A stretch of 64,000 nucleotides of DNA from positions 96,001 to 160,000 of the forward strand of contig CAVPRW010000024.1 of NCBI GenBank assembly GCA_963707985.1. Reading direction: 5' to 3'. Of the stretch, positions 1 to 11,004 are shown in pieces (positions within the stretch are counted from its first letter, which is position 1; every line of letters begins with the position of its first letter). The position numbers and the translations under genes were made by a program. The notes under the pieces were generated by a model. It was not told where the DNA came from. It ran no database searches and was given only the letters and a program-made list of their open reading frames with translations. The stretch comes from an uncultured Nitrospinota bacterium (lineage in GTDB: Bacteria > Tectomicrobia > Entotheonellia > J063 > CAVPRW01).

Positions 1-1371
1 CACCGGCAACTCCGATAGCGCCGCCAGACGAATGGCCGGCCGCATATAGTCGGAGAAGATCAAGAACGTTGCCCCGTAAGGGATCACGCCGCCGTGGTAG
101 GCGAGGCCATTGAGGATGGCGCCCATACCGTGTTCGCGCACGCCGAAGTAGATGTTCCGACCAGCGCGATTTTGCGCGCTAAACTCGCCAGCCCCACGCA
201 AGAGTGTGTTGTTCGAGGTCGCCAGGTCGGCCGAGCCCCCCATGAGGTTTGAAATCGCCGGGGCCACAGCATTGAGTGCACGTCCTGAAGCGACGCGCGT
301 TGCCATCGTCCCATCCTCAGTCTTAAAGGTCGGCAAGCTCGTATCCCATCCCGGTGGCAATTCACGTCGCAGCGCGCGCTGCCAGTCAGTCGCCAGATCA
401 GGATGGGCGGCAGCGTGTGCCGCAAAGCGCGATTGCCACTCCGTTTCCCAATTTTGGCCCCGTTCCACGGCTGTACGGAAATGAGCCAATGCCTCTTGGG
501 GTAGGTCAAACGTGGGCTTTTGAGGCCAGCTAAAAAACTCCTTGGTGCGCTTCACCTCCTCCGAGCCGAGGGGCGCGCCATGGGCCTCCGCCGTATCCTG
601 CTTGCCAGGGCTCCCATAGGCAATGTGGGTCGGTACGATGATCAGCGATGGCTTCGTGCGCTCAGCCTGGGCCGCTCTGAGGGCGGCGTCGATGGCCGGT
701 ACATCATTGCCGTCAGCGATCTTCTGCACATGCCAGCCGTAGGCGTCGAAGCGTCTGTCTACTTGTTCGGTGAAGGTGAGATCAGTGGAGCCATCAATGG
801 AGATATCGTTGTCATCATAGAAATAGATCAGCTTGCCAAGCTGTAAATGTCCGGCAAGTGACGCCGCCTCCGAGGCTACGCCCTCCATCAGGTCGCCATC
901 GCTAACAATGGCATAGGTATAGTGATCGACGATCGTATGGCCCGGTCGATTGAAGCGCTCGGCCAGGAAGGCTTCGGCGATAGCCATACCCACGCCATTG
1001 GCAAATCCTTGCCCTAACGGGCCCGTGGTGGTCTCTACACCCGGCGTCATGCCATATTCAGGATGCCCCGGCGTGCGACTGCCCCACTGGCGAAATTGCT
1101 TCAGCTGGTCCAATGGCAGGTCGTATCCCGTGAGATGCAGGAGACTATACAGCAGCATGGAACCATGCCCGGCCGACAGCACAAAGCGATCCCGATCCGG
1201 CCACTGTGGGTTGGTCGGATTATGCTTTAGGAAGCGTGTCCACAACACATACGCCAATGTGGCCGTGCCCATCGGCATGCCGGGATGGCCAGATTGGGCC
1301 TTTTCCACCGCATCCACCGCCAGCATGCGGATGGTATTGATGGACAACTGATCGAGTGTCCTCTGATCCAC
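1..1371 (-). CDS. tkt: Transketolase (5' part; runs off the window start)
   Basis: Manual translation from GTG at 1371: [35 protein letters not shown]...[12 protein letters not shown]...TTGPLGQG...[13 protein letters not shown]...[18 protein letters not shown]. Frame checked at the start, about 240-300 and 1-120; no stop before base 1, so the ORF track omits it. Confidence 0.96.
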   Translation of the reverse strand, partial: MDQRTLDQLSINTIRMLAVDAVEKAQSGHPGMPMGTATLAYVLWTRFLKHNPTNPQWPDRDRFVLSAGHGSMLLYSLLHLTGYDLPLDQLKQFRQWGSRTPGHPEYGMTPGVETTTGPLGQGFANGVGMAIAEAFLAERFNRPGHTIVDHYTYAIVSDGDLMEGVASEAASLAGHLQLGKLIYFYDDNDISIDGSTDLTFTEQVDRRFDAYGWHVQKIADGNDVPAIDAALRAAQAERTKPSLIIVPTHIAYGSPGKQDTAEAHGAPLGSEEVKRTKEFFSWPQKPTFDLPQEALAHFRTAVERGQNWETEWQSRFAAHAAAHPDLATDWQRALRRELPPGWDTSLPTFKTEDGTMATRVASGRALNAVAPAISNLMGGSADLATSNNTLLRGAGEFSAQNRAGRNIYFGVREHGMGAILNGLAYHGGVIPYGATFLIFSDYMRPAIRLAALSELPV

Positions 1372-1640
1372 TGCAACCTGCCCTCCCTTGCACCGGTCTG
1401 ATCTGAGTTAAGCCCAGGCGGCGAGGCAGCCACATTGAAGCTTGGCATGCTCGTGGCGCCCAGTCTCCCGCGAGCACGTGGTTGCCAATATACGCACCTT
1501 TCCAGGCAGAGGCAAATGCCGCGTGTGATTTCAAAGACATACTACCGCCTACCAGGGAGGGCTGGAAGACCAGCACTCCCCATACAGATGGTGTTGGCAG
1601 GTTGCGAAGGATACGGGAGACCCCGTATAATGGCGGAGCT

Positions 1641-3503
1641 ATGATCCAGATCGAGTCGATTTCAAAAGCCTTTGGTCCCCAGGTGGTGTTCGCCCAGGCA
1701 ACAGCGTACCTCCAGGCCAAGACACGCGTCGGCCTGGTGGGTCCCAACGGCTCGGGCAAGACCACGCTTTTGCGCCTGATCCATGCGGAGGAAACTCCTG
1801 ACAGCGGCACCATTCGCACGCCGGGCGGGCTCCGTGTGGGATATTTGCCTCAAGAGTTGGAACAGGATCCGCATCTAAGTGTCCTGGAGGCAGCGCACCG
1901 CGGCCGCTATCCAGAACACGAAGCGAAACGGATATTGGCGGGGCTCGGTTTTACGGAAGGCGATCACGACCGTGCTCTCCTGAGCCTCTCCGGCGGCTTC
2001 CGCATGCGCGTGGCGCTGGCGCATCTGTTGCTGACAGCGCCGGATGTGTTGATGCTCGACGAGCCGACGAATCACCTCGACGCCGCGACTCAGGCCTGGT
2101 TTGAACAATTCTTGTTACGGTCGCGCCAGACGGTGTTGGCGGTCAGCCACGATACCGCCTTTCTGAACCGCGTCGTGACGCACATCTGGGAAATTCACCG
2201 CCATGCTATTCGGACGTATACCGGCAACTACGATCGCTACCTGGCGACTCGGCGGGCACGTGAAGAGCAGTTAGAGGCCGCAGCCCAAACTCAGGAACGG
2301 GAGATGGCCCGCGTGCAACGCTTTGTCGATCGCTTCCGCGCCAAAGCGACCAAAGCGCGTCAGGTTCAATCCCGCTTAAAGCAGCTCGATCGTCTCCAGC
2401 AGATCGAGCGCGAGCGCGACGCTAAACGCATTCGGTTCCATTTTCCCGAGCCGGCACCGAGCGGACGTCTGATCTTCGACCTCAAAGGGGTGGGCAAGAG
2501 CTACGGGGTCAACACAGTATACCATAGCCTGGACTTTCGCGTCGAACGCGGCCAACGCGTGGCGTTGCTTGGCGAAAATGGCGCGGGTAAGAGCACCCTG
2601 CTGAAAATTTTGGCCGGCGTGCTGTCGATCGATCACGGTGAGCGCCAGGAGGGATATGGTGTGAGCCTGCATTATTTTGCCCAGCATCAGGCCGACGTTC
2701 TGAACCCGGCCCACACGGTGCTCGATGCCTTGCAGGAGGTCGCACCCCACGCCGACCTGCCGTGGCTGCGTGCCGTGGCGGGCACCTTTCTCTTCCACGG
2801 TGACGATCAGTTCAAGTCGATCAGTGTCCTAAGTGGCGGTGAGCGCAGTCGCGTAGCCCTGGCGCGCATGTTGCTCAACCCGGCCAATACGCTCCTCCTG
2901 GATGAGCCGACGAATCATCTCGACCCCGCCTCGGTCGACGTGCTCACTGATGCGCTGCTGGATTTCCCGGGGACCATCGTTTTCATCTCCCACGATCCCG
3001 TCTTCTTGACACGCATGGCGACGCGTGTGGTGGAGATCGAAGACGGTCGAGCGCTCGACTATCCGGGTGATTACGGGTACTATCTCTGGAAGCAAGAGCG
3101 GGAGCTGGAAGAGGAGACGGATGGGGCCTCCGAAGAGAACAGGCGGAATGGCCAGCCGTCGGCGCCCGCTAAGGATAGTAAGCCAGGCCCTCAAGAACCT
3201 GACCGGCGGGAGTTGGTGAAGGCGTTGAGCCGGGTGGAACGTCGAGTAGCGGAGCTTGAAGCCGCCGTTGCCGCATTGGAATCGCAGATGCGTATACGTG
3301 ATGCGGAACTGGCCAGCGCCGAGCTCTATCAGGATCATGAGCGCTGGCACGCGCTCCACCTCGAACGCCAGCAATGGGACACGGATCTCGAGCGCCTGAT
3401 GGAAGAATGGGCCCGCCAATCCGAGACCGTTGCCGACACCCACCGGCAACTCGAATCGTTTGATCAGGCCAACCCCAAACCAAGTCGCCTGTTCCAGTCA
3501 TGA
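1641..3503 (+). CDS. ABC-F family ATP-binding protein (Uup/YheS-like) with C-terminal coiled coil
   Basis: Two ABC domains (GPNGSGKT/LSGG/LDEPTNHLD; GENGAGKST/LSGGE/LDEPTNHLD), linker FVDRFRAKATKARQVQSR, no TM segments. ATG at 1641. Confidence 0.92.
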   Translation: MIQIESISKAFGPQVVFAQATAYLQAKTRVGLVGPNGSGKTTLLRLIHAEETPDSGTIRTPGGLRVGYLPQELEQDPHLSVLEAAHRGRYPEHEAKRILAGLGFTEGDHDRALLSLSGGFRMRVALAHLLLTAPDVLMLDEPTNHLDAATQAWFEQFLLRSRQTVLAVSHDTAFLNRVVTHIWEIHRHAIRTYTGNYDRYLATRRAREEQLEAAAQTQEREMARVQRFVDRFRAKATKARQVQSRLKQLDRLQQIERERDAKRIRFHFPEPAPSGRLIFDLKGVGKSYGVNTVYHSLDFRVERGQRVALLGENGAGKSTLLKILAGVLSIDHGERQEGYGVSLHYFAQHQADVLNPAHTVLDALQEVAPHADLPWLRAVAGTFLFHGDDQFKSISVLSGGERSRVALARMLLNPANTLLLDEPTNHLDPASVDVLTDALLDFPGTIVFISHDPVFLTRMATRVVEIEDGRALDYPGDYGYYLWKQERELEEETDGASEENRRNGQPSAPAKDSKPGPQEPDRRELVKALSRVERRVAELEAAVAALESQMRIRDAELASAELYQDHERWHALHLERQQWDTDLERLMEEWARQSETVADTHRQLESFDQANPKPSRLFQS

Positions 3504-3525
3504 CGCACAATCATCTTCCCCGTAT

Positions 3526-3717
3526 CTAGGCCTCACGCACCTCCTCCGGGCGATATTGCGGCCCACATTCCCGCCTCTCGGTCTTGAACGCCCCGACCCG
3601 TCCCTTCTTGTTGGCATTTACCGACACCCCCGGCCAGCCCGGCGCTAGGAACGTGTTGATCTGGTTGTTGAGATACTGCAATTGGGCATCTCGGTCTGAA
3701 TGGTTGCAGCCTTCCAC
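3526..3717 (-). pseudogene. ISAzo13-family transposase fragment
   Basis: NHSDRDAQLQYLNNQINTFLAPGWPGVSVNANKKGRVGAFK...PEEVR resembles the ISAzo13 motif HPDRDAQF.YI...VISVDTKKKELVG.FK; decayed. Confidence 0.7.
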
Positions 3718-4063
3718 TGAGACGACTTTGATTGCGCACATCAATCACGAAGATCCGGTTGATCCCTCCGACTGTTTTGTACTCTGATACGACCACTCCG
3801 TGGATATCTCGTTGCAGCTGCTTGAAGGCCTCTGGAGAAAACATCGAAGTAAAAGACCGGGCATCGTGCCGGACTATTTTCGAAATCTCCACCCAGGGCA
3901 GCATGCGGGCACTTCTAAGGAGGGAGCTCGCCTATTTTTTGGGCGCCTCGGTTGGCCCATGCGTAGCAATGGAGCAAGAACGCACCCGCACGGGCACAGC
4001 GCCTGGCGCCGTGAACAGTTGAAGAACGAGGCCTGAAGGGTGAGCTCCACTTCGTCCGTAGCC

Positions 4064-4078
4064 TGGCATCGGCTTTGC
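4064..4078 (+). promoter_or_regulatory. sigma54 (-24/-12) promoter
   Basis: TGGCATCGGCTTTGC = GG-N10-GC, 55 bp upstream of the SBP start of a nitrogen-catabolic locus. Confidence 0.65.
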
Positions 4079-4132
4079 CTACCCGTTGCTAACATGATCT
4101 CACGATCCGTCCCGCTGCCCTTGGAGAACTCT

Positions 4133-5767
4133 ATGGCGCACCTAAAGCTTTCACGTCGCACCATGTTGCAGGGCATGGTCGCGGCTGCTGCTCTGCTGAC
4201 GTGGCGCAAACCCGCCCCCGCCACGGCGCAAAGTCGTGCGGAATCGCTGGTCGCCATCGGCGAATCCGGACCGAACTCCCTGGATATCCACGGGGTGGGA
4301 GCCAATCGTCCTAGCTATGCCATAGCCTGGAACTGTTACGACCGCTTGCTGGTGTTTGGGAAAAAGACGCTACCCGATGGCACAGTGTCCTACGATAAGG
4401 ATGTCCTCGCGCCCGAACTAGCAGAGAACTGGGAAGTCGCCGCCGATGGCATGTCGATTACATTCCACCTTCGGCAGGATGCCCAGTTTCACGATGGCAG
4501 GCCGGTCACAGCCCAGGATGTCAAATGGTCCTTCGACCGCGCTGTCACGGTCGGAGGCTTCCCCACCTTCCAGATGAAAGCAGGCTCTCTAGAGCGACCA
4601 GACCAGTTCGTGGTGCTCAATGAGCATACCTTGCGCATCGACTCGATACGTAAAGACAAACTGACCTTACCGGATCTGGCGGTGCCCGTGGCCATTGTGA
4701 TCAATTCCGAGCTCGCCAAGCAGCACGCCACTGCCGATGATCCCTGGGCCATGGAGTATCTGAAGGCCAATACCGCGGCGGGCGGAGCCTTCAAAGTGGA
4801 GAGTTGGCGACCGGGGACCGAGATCATTCTGAGTCGCTTCGATGCCTGGAAAAGCGGGCCGCTGCCGCCGATGCGACGCATCATCTGGCGCGATGTGCCC
4901 TCGGCCGGCAGTCGGCTGGCGCTCATGGAGCGCGGTGACGCCGATATTTCGTATGGCGTGCCGCCCAAGGATGCGAAGGAGATCGCCACCGGGAAACGAG
5001 CGCGTGGAAAGCTCAAAATCGTCGGGGTGCCCATTCCCAACGCCATCTGGTACGTGGGCATGAACGTCAAAAATCCGCCATTCAGCGATGTCAAGGTACG
5101 CCAGGCTGTCGCCTATGCCCTACCCTACGAACAACTGCTGCAAGGGGCCATCTACGACCGGGCCATTCCCCTGTTCGGGGCTTCCACCGATCAGCCGGTG
5201 ACCAGTGCCTGGCCGCAGCCCTTCCCGTACCAGACCAATTTGGAGCGCGCTCGCCAGCTCATGGCAGAGGCGGACATGGCTAGTGGCTTTGAGACGACAC
5301 TGTCGTTCGATCTTGGCGAAGGGACGATCAGCGAACCGATGGCAGTGCTCATTCAGGAAGGGCTGGCGCAGCTGTCGATCAAGACCACGATCAACAAAAT
5401 TCCGGGGTCGCAATGGCGCAGTGAAATGGCCAAAAAGACGATGCCCTTGCTCATCAACCGCTTTGGCGGCTGGCTGGACTATCCCGAGTATTTTTTCTAC
5501 TGGACGTATCATGGCCAAAATGCCGTATTCAATACGATGTCCTATCAAAACCCCGAGCTGGACAAGCTGATCGACGCGGCACGGTTCGCCAATGACCCGC
5601 AACTCTACGACCAGCAGATGCGCCAGGCCATCCGCATCGCCATGACTGAGGTGCCACGCATGCCCCTGTGGCAGCCGTTCCTCGACGTCGTCATGCAGAC
5701 GAACATCACCGGCTATCAGTTCTGGTTCCATTTACAGCCCGATTTCCGGCAAGTCGGGAAGGCTTGA
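4133..5767 (+). CDS. ABC transporter substrate-binding protein, family 5 (Dpp/Opp-like), Tat signal
   Basis: MAHLKLSRRTMLQG twin-arginine signal; PELAENWEV, FHDGRPVTAQDVKWSF, PPFSDVKVRQAV motifs. Confidence 0.92.
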   Translation: MAHLKLSRRTMLQGMVAAAALLTWRKPAPATAQSRAESLVAIGESGPNSLDIHGVGANRPSYAIAWNCYDRLLVFGKKTLPDGTVSYDKDVLAPELAENWEVAADGMSITFHLRQDAQFHDGRPVTAQDVKWSFDRAVTVGGFPTFQMKAGSLERPDQFVVLNEHTLRIDSIRKDKLTLPDLAVPVAIVINSELAKQHATADDPWAMEYLKANTAAGGAFKVESWRPGTEIILSRFDAWKSGPLPPMRRIIWRDVPSAGSRLALMERGDADISYGVPPKDAKEIATGKRARGKLKIVGVPIPNAIWYVGMNVKNPPFSDVKVRQAVAYALPYEQLLQGAIYDRAIPLFGASTDQPVTSAWPQPFPYQTNLERARQLMAEADMASGFETTLSFDLGEGTISEPMAVLIQEGLAQLSIKTTINKIPGSQWRSEMAKKTMPLLINRFGGWLDYPEYFFYWTYHGQNAVFNTMSYQNPELDKLIDAARFANDPQLYDQQMRQAIRIAMTEVPRMPLWQPFLDVVMQTNITGYQFWFHLQPDFRQVGKA

Positions 5768-5771
5768 GACC

Positions 5772-6815
5772 ATGATGAAGAGTGCCAATCGTTCAGCAGC
5801 CCTGCTGCATCTCGTAGCACGGCGCGCGGCGACGGCTCTCCCGAGCCTGCTAGGCGTTATTATCATTGCCTTTGCCTTGACACGGGCGTTGCCGACCGAT
5901 CCCGCTGCCTATTTTGCCGGTCCCGCAGCTACCCAGCAAGCCATCGAGGAAGTTCGCCTCAAGCTTGGGCTCAATCGGAGTCTCCCGGTGCAATTCTTCG
6001 CGTTCCTCGGCGAGCTCGCCCAGGGCAGCTTCGGTCAGTCGTTGACCACCGGACAGCCGGTCATCGAGGATATCGTTCGACGTCTACCCGCCTCGTTGGA
6101 GTTAACGCTGTTCGGCCTGGTGTTCTCGGTGGCCATCGCGTTGCCCCTGGGGGTTCTTGCCGCAACGCATCCCAATTCGGCCATCGATCATGCCTGTCGG
6201 GTGATATCCACCGCCGGCGTGTCGCTGCCGGTCTTCTTTACTGGGCTACTGCTGGTGTATGTGTTTTACTATCTCCTGGGCTGGGCTCCGGCGCCCCTGG
6301 GGCGTCTGGACTCCTTCTCAACTCCGCCGCCCCATGTCACGGGCTTTTTCACCATCGATAGTGTCGTCAGCGGTGATTACGAGCTGCTGGCCACTACCCT
6401 GGCGCATCTGGCCTTGCCTGCGATGACGCTTGGCATCTTTGCCCTGGCGCCGCTGGCGCGCATGACGCGCGCCTCGATGTTGGGCGTATTGTCCAGCGAT
6501 TTCATCCGCACAGCACGTGCCAGTGGGTTATCGCGCCATACCATTTTGTTGGTGTATGCCTTCCACAACGCCATGCTCCCGGTCCTTACCACCATGGGTA
6601 TGGTGTTCTCCTTCCTGCTTGGAGCCAACGTTGTGGTGGAGCGGGTGTTCTCCTGGCCGGGGATCGGCTCATACGCACTAGAGGCCTTGATCGCCTCCGA
6701 CTATGCACCTGTCCAGGGTTTTGTCCTGACGCTCGCCGTCCTGTATGTCATGCTCAACCTGTGTATCGACATCGCTTATGGCCTGATCGATCCACGTGTG
6801 AGGATGGAAGGATGA
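5772..6815 (+). CDS. ABC transporter permease (DppB-like)
   Basis: Multiple TM helices; EAA-like loop DFIRTARASGL; C-terminal DPRVR. Confidence 0.92.
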   Translation: MMKSANRSAALLHLVARRAATALPSLLGVIIIAFALTRALPTDPAAYFAGPAATQQAIEEVRLKLGLNRSLPVQFFAFLGELAQGSFGQSLTTGQPVIEDIVRRLPASLELTLFGLVFSVAIALPLGVLAATHPNSAIDHACRVISTAGVSLPVFFTGLLLVYVFYYLLGWAPAPLGRLDSFSTPPPHVTGFFTIDSVVSGDYELLATTLAHLALPAMTLGIFALAPLARMTRASMLGVLSSDFIRTARASGLSRHTILLVYAFHNAMLPVLTTMGMVFSFLLGANVVVERVFSWPGIGSYALEALIASDYAPVQGFVLTLAVLYVMLNLCIDIAYGLIDPRVRMEG

Positions 6816-7654
6816 AAACCCTGGCCCATCTCCGCTACCTGTTGCTGGAGAATCCGCTCACCCTGGCGGCCGCGGTGTTGGCGCTGCTGCTGCTGCTGGG
6901 CGCAGTTCTGGGCCCGTCCTTGGCGCCCTACGACCCGCTGGCGACGAATACCTCTCGCGCCCTGGAGCCTCCGTCATGGGATCACTGGTTTGGCACCGAT
7001 CAGGTGGGTCGAGATATTTTCAGTCGTCTGATCGTCGCCACACGCCTTGATATGGTGATCTCCATCGCTGCGGTCAGCCTCTCGTTCGCACTGGGTAGCT
7101 GCCTCGGGGCCTGCGCTGGCTTTTTTGGCGGCTGGTTGGATCGCATAGGATCCCGTCTCATGGATACGATCATGGCCTTCCCACTGTTCGTGTTGGCCAT
7201 GGGCATTGTGGCAGCCCTTGGGAACACGGTGCAAAACATTGTCTACGCCACGGCCATCATCAATCTCCCATTTTACGCGCGCTTGGCGCGCGCGGAGATC
7301 AATCTCCGCCGTGAGGCTGGATTTGTCGAGGCAGCACGCCTGTCGGGGAACAGCGATGCCCGCATTCTCGCGGTGCATCTGTTCCCCACCGTGCTACCCA
7401 CGATGATGGTGCAGATCTCGCTCAACCTGGGCTGGTCGATTCTGAATGCCGCCAGCCTGTCCTTCATCGGTCTCGGTGTCAGGCCTCCGACGCCGGAATG
7501 GGGGATCATGGTGGCCGATGGCGCCAGCTATATCATCTCCGGCGAGTGGTGGGTGGCCCTGTTTCCTGGGGCGGCGCTCATGGTAGCCGTCTTTTGCTTT
7601 AATCTCCTGGGCGATGGGTTACGCGACCTGATCGACCCTCGGCAGCGCACATGA
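6812..7654 (+). CDS. ABC transporter permease (DppC-like)
   Basis: HWFGTDQVGRDIFSR, FVEAARLSG, GLGVRPPTPEWG; ATGA overlap with the previous gene. Confidence 0.92.
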   Translation: MKTLAHLRYLLLENPLTLAAAVLALLLLLGAVLGPSLAPYDPLATNTSRALEPPSWDHWFGTDQVGRDIFSRLIVATRLDMVISIAAVSLSFALGSCLGACAGFFGGWLDRIGSRLMDTIMAFPLFVLAMGIVAALGNTVQNIVYATAIINLPFYARLARAEINLRREAGFVEAARLSGNSDARILAVHLFPTVLPTMMVQISLNLGWSILNAASLSFIGLGVRPPTPEWGIMVADGASYIISGEWWVALFPGAALMVAVFCFNLLGDGLRDLIDPRQRT

Positions 7655-8619
7655 ACGACGTGCCGTTACTGGATGTGGCAGAGCTGTCGGTCGAGTTTCG
7701 GACGCGCCTGGGCACCGTGAAGGCGCTGGAGCAGGTCGCTCTCAGTCTCGACCGTGGGGAAATCATCGCCGTCGTCGGCGAGAGTGGCTCCGGTAAGTCG
7801 GTGACGGCCTATAGCATCATGGGCATCCTCGATGCGGCCGCGCACCTCACCGCCGGTCGCATCACGTTCGGAGGTCTCGACCTTTTACAGGTGCCGGAAG
7901 CAGAGCTGGCGAATATCCGTGGTCGCGAGCTGGCGATGATCTTTCAGAATCCACGCGGGGCACTCAATCCCATTCGCCAGGTTGGGCGTCAAATCGGTGA
8001 TATCCTACGACGCCATGCTCCCATCGCCCGCGCAGAGATCAAGGACAGGGCCGTCGACCTTCTGACGCAAGTGCGCATCCCCGATGCCGAGCGGCGTTAT
8101 GCGGCGTATCCTTTCGAGCTGTCGGGAGGGATGTGCCAGCGGGTGGGCATCGCCATGGCGCTGGCCTGTGAGCCGGCGTTGTTGATTGCTGACGAGCCTA
8201 CCACCGGGCTGGATGTGACGACGCAGGCGGCGATTATGGATCTCATCGTCGAATTGGCCCGGAAACGCCGCATGGCCACGCTCCTCATCACCCACGATCT
8301 GGGGCTTGCGGCAGAGTACTGCGAGCGCATCGTCGTCATGCATGCCGGACACGTTGTAGAAAGTGCGCCCGTCGGCGAGCTCTTCGCCAAGCCACGCCAT
8401 CCATACACCGCCAAGCTCATCGCCTCGACACCACACGGGGCTGGGCAACTCGACGCCCTCACGCCTATTCCAGGCGGCCTCCCAGATTTGCGCGGGGAAC
8501 TGCTGCCCTGCCGCTATCGCGGCCGCTGTGAACGCTACACATCGTTCTGTGATCAGGCCCCGCTGCCACGCGTGCAAGTCGACCCGCGTCATGTCGTCGC
8601 TTGTCGAGATCCGTTATGA
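7651..8619 (+). CDS. ABC transporter ATP-binding protein (DppD-like)
   Basis: [26 protein letters not shown] and C-terminal Cys cluster. Confidence 0.92.
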   Translation: MNDVPLLDVAELSVEFRTRLGTVKALEQVALSLDRGEIIAVVGESGSGKSVTAYSIMGILDAAAHLTAGRITFGGLDLLQVPEAELANIRGRELAMIFQNPRGALNPIRQVGRQIGDILRRHAPIARAEIKDRAVDLLTQVRIPDAERRYAAYPFELSGGMCQRVGIAMALACEPALLIADEPTTGLDVTTQAAIMDLIVELARKRRMATLLITHDLGLAAEYCERIVVMHAGHVVESAPVGELFAKPRHPYTAKLIASTPHGAGQLDALTPIPGGLPDLRGELLPCRYRGRCERYTSFCDQAPLPRVQVDPRHVVACRDPL

Positions 8620-9696
8620 CCGCACTCCTGGAAGTTGAACGGCTGACAAAATTTTTTCCGCTCGTGGGCCATAGCACGCTGGCCCGCATGGTACAGGCAA
8701 GGCGCCGGCGCCATGGTGGTGCCGATGGCATGTCAGAGCCGGCATTGCTGCACGCCGTCGACGACGTCAGCATCAGCGTCGAGGCCGGTGAGAGCGTGGG
8801 GCTCGTGGGAGAGTCCGGGTGTGGCAAGTCGACCCTCGCCCGTCTCATCGCTCGTCTCATCGATCCCACCAGCGGCAAGATTCATTTTCAGGGGCGTGAC
8901 CTCGTCGAGCTTCCGGCGCATCGCTTCTCTCGTACCCCTGAGCGCCGCCTCATCCAACAGGTGTTCCAGGATGCCACCGAAAGCCTCAATCCACGGTTTA
9001 CGGCCGCTCATTCCATAGCCGACCCCTTACAGCGTCTCGTCCGATCTGCGGGGAGCTGGTCTGTGGACACGGGTGGGTGAATTGGCGGACCTGGTGAATC
9101 TCCCGCGCGAATTGCTTGAGCGCTATCCACACCAACTCTCCGGCGGACAGAAAGCACGTGTCGGCATCGCCCGCGCCCTGGCGGCAAACCCACGGTTACT
9201 GATCCTGGATGAGCCAACCTCCGCCCTGGATGTTTCCGTGCAGGCGGTCATTCTCAAACTGTTGGCCGATCTGCGGCGCCAACTCGGCATGAGCTTTCTG
9301 TTCATCTCCCATGACCTCAACGTGGTGCGGCTGATGTGCGACCGAGTGTTGGTGATGTATTTGGGGAAAATCATCGAGGCCGGTCCCGCCAGGCAGGTAT
9401 TCGAGCAGCCGCAGCATCCGTACACCCAGGCTCTGGTATCAGCCATCCCAACGATCGAGGCGCGGGCGCGCCAGGGACGCCTCCGGCTCGACGGTGAGCC
9501 GGTCAGTCCCATCGATCCTGACCCACATATGTGCCGCTTTTACGGCCGCTGCCCGCGGCAGACCGATCGTTGTCGCATCCAAATGCCGCACCTGACTCCC
9601 GTGCTTGAAGGCGCAGCTAGCAGCCTGCCATTTTCCGGAGAGCTTATCTACCGGAGGAAACGATGGCTTGGAGGACCATCGGGCGAGCGACTCTGA
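8616..9696 (+). CDS. ABC transporter ATP-binding protein (DppF-like), one frameshift near 9050
   Basis: GESGCGKST in the first frame; [21 protein letters not shown] in the second. Removing one G from the G run at 9050-9053 joins them. Confidence 0.85.
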
Positions 9697-9894
9697 TAGG
9701 CAGCCCTAACCGCACGACTCCAACGGCACGCACCGGCCAGGAGCGCTGTGCCCTGACCACATGATCAAGGCGATTCATGGCGTCCCCACCATCACAGCCC
9801 AAGAGACCATGCCTCTGTACGAGCGACCTCAATCCCCTGTTGACTTACGCGATGGGTTCTAAAACCACGTGTCACCGCGAAAGGAGTGTGCATC

Positions 9895-10830
9895 ATGAAT
9901 CCCGGATTCGGCTTGCATTGGGCACCAGACCAGGACGGCACCACCGTACACCACGCCCGGACAGCTATCGCCTTTGTTGCGGCAAAGGTATTCCTGTTTT
10001 GCAGCCTGCTCGCGGCTCAGGCCAGTGCGGAAGAATCCAGCATTTTCCATGGGTACCTGGACTTACGTCTGTCGAACGCATACATCACTCCGCGCGGACT
10101 CGTCGTTGAGAATGAAGGATTGGTCTTCCAACCGCTTTTTTTACTCTTTGCCGATCTCTACCAGAGCAATGGTCCTCTGAGCAAGGTGACGGCTTATGTG
10201 GGTATGTGGAACAGTATACACAGCCATGTCCCGGAAGGGGTGGACTCCTCGACGAGTAACTGGAACGAAATGGATTTTCTGAGTGGGGTTGATTTCACGA
10301 TCGACCGCGACTGGACGGTTGGTCTGAGTTACCAGTATTGGGTGAGCCCTAACGATTCCTTCGAGTCAGCGTCCCTTCTCGAGACGACGGTCTCCTACGG
10401 CGGCCGTTTCTTCGAGCAGTCCATGAAGGGAAAATTTTCGTTCAACCCGTACTTCAAGTTTTTCATCGAGTTGGACAACAAAGCGACGGTCTCGTCCACC
10501 GACGAAAGCTATAACGTCGAGGTCGGCTTCGGGCCTAGGTACGTGTTTGATGGCTATCCGCTGACGCTCGATATGCATACCTATGTGACGTTTCCAGGGG
10601 ACGGCTTCTACAGTGAGAATTCGACGGTCGGTCTGTTCACCACCGGACTCAAAGTGACCGCTCCCCTCACTTCCATTCCGAAGCGCTATGGCGCATGGAG
10701 CCTGTACGCAGGGGTTCGTTATTACTACATCGTCAATGACGGCATCCTCGACGGCAACGGCACACTGCCGCCCGGGTCGACGAACCGAAATCAGTGGCAA
10801 GGCCTTGGTGGAGTGACGCTTGCCTTCTGA
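9895..10830 (+). CDS. Putative outer-membrane beta-barrel-like exported protein
   Basis: AAGGAG RBS, signal-like segment ending AQASA, alternating aromatic-rich strands, terminal Phe (GGVTLAF). Confidence 0.6.
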   Translation: MNPGFGLHWAPDQDGTTVHHARTAIAFVAAKVFLFCSLLAAQASAEESSIFHGYLDLRLSNAYITPRGLVVENEGLVFQPLFLLFADLYQSNGPLSKVTAYVGMWNSIHSHVPEGVDSSTSNWNEMDFLSGVDFTIDRDWTVGLSYQYWVSPNDSFESASLLETTVSYGGRFFEQSMKGKFSFNPYFKFFIELDNKATVSSTDESYNVEVGFGPRYVFDGYPLTLDMHTYVTFPGDGFYSENSTVGLFTTGLKVTAPLTSIPKRYGAWSLYAGVRYYYIVNDGILDGNGTLPPGSTNRNQWQGLGGVTLAF

Positions 10831-11004
10831 TGAGACGAGTCAGGGGGGCGGCGATCAAGCGGGTCTGTGACGTCCCGATCAGCTCGGGCTCACCGCGTCC
10901 GCAACTCCCTGACGCTCTTGTAGGTGGCGCGTGTTGACATGATTTCCTGCGACAATCTGACTCATTGGGATAGGCTCTTCGTTCCACACGCAGGAGGAGA
11001 CGTC

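Noticed and set aside
3533..3904. 123-aa minus-strand ORF
   Set aside because: No recognisable family; it runs into the ISAzo13 remnant and overlaps the likely regulatory region.
9700..11000. Guanidine or other riboswitch in the ureide locus spacers
   Set aside because: Only generic hairpins were seen (e.g. about 10837-10916), with no ykkC or ACGR-loop signature; an Rfam scan would settle it.
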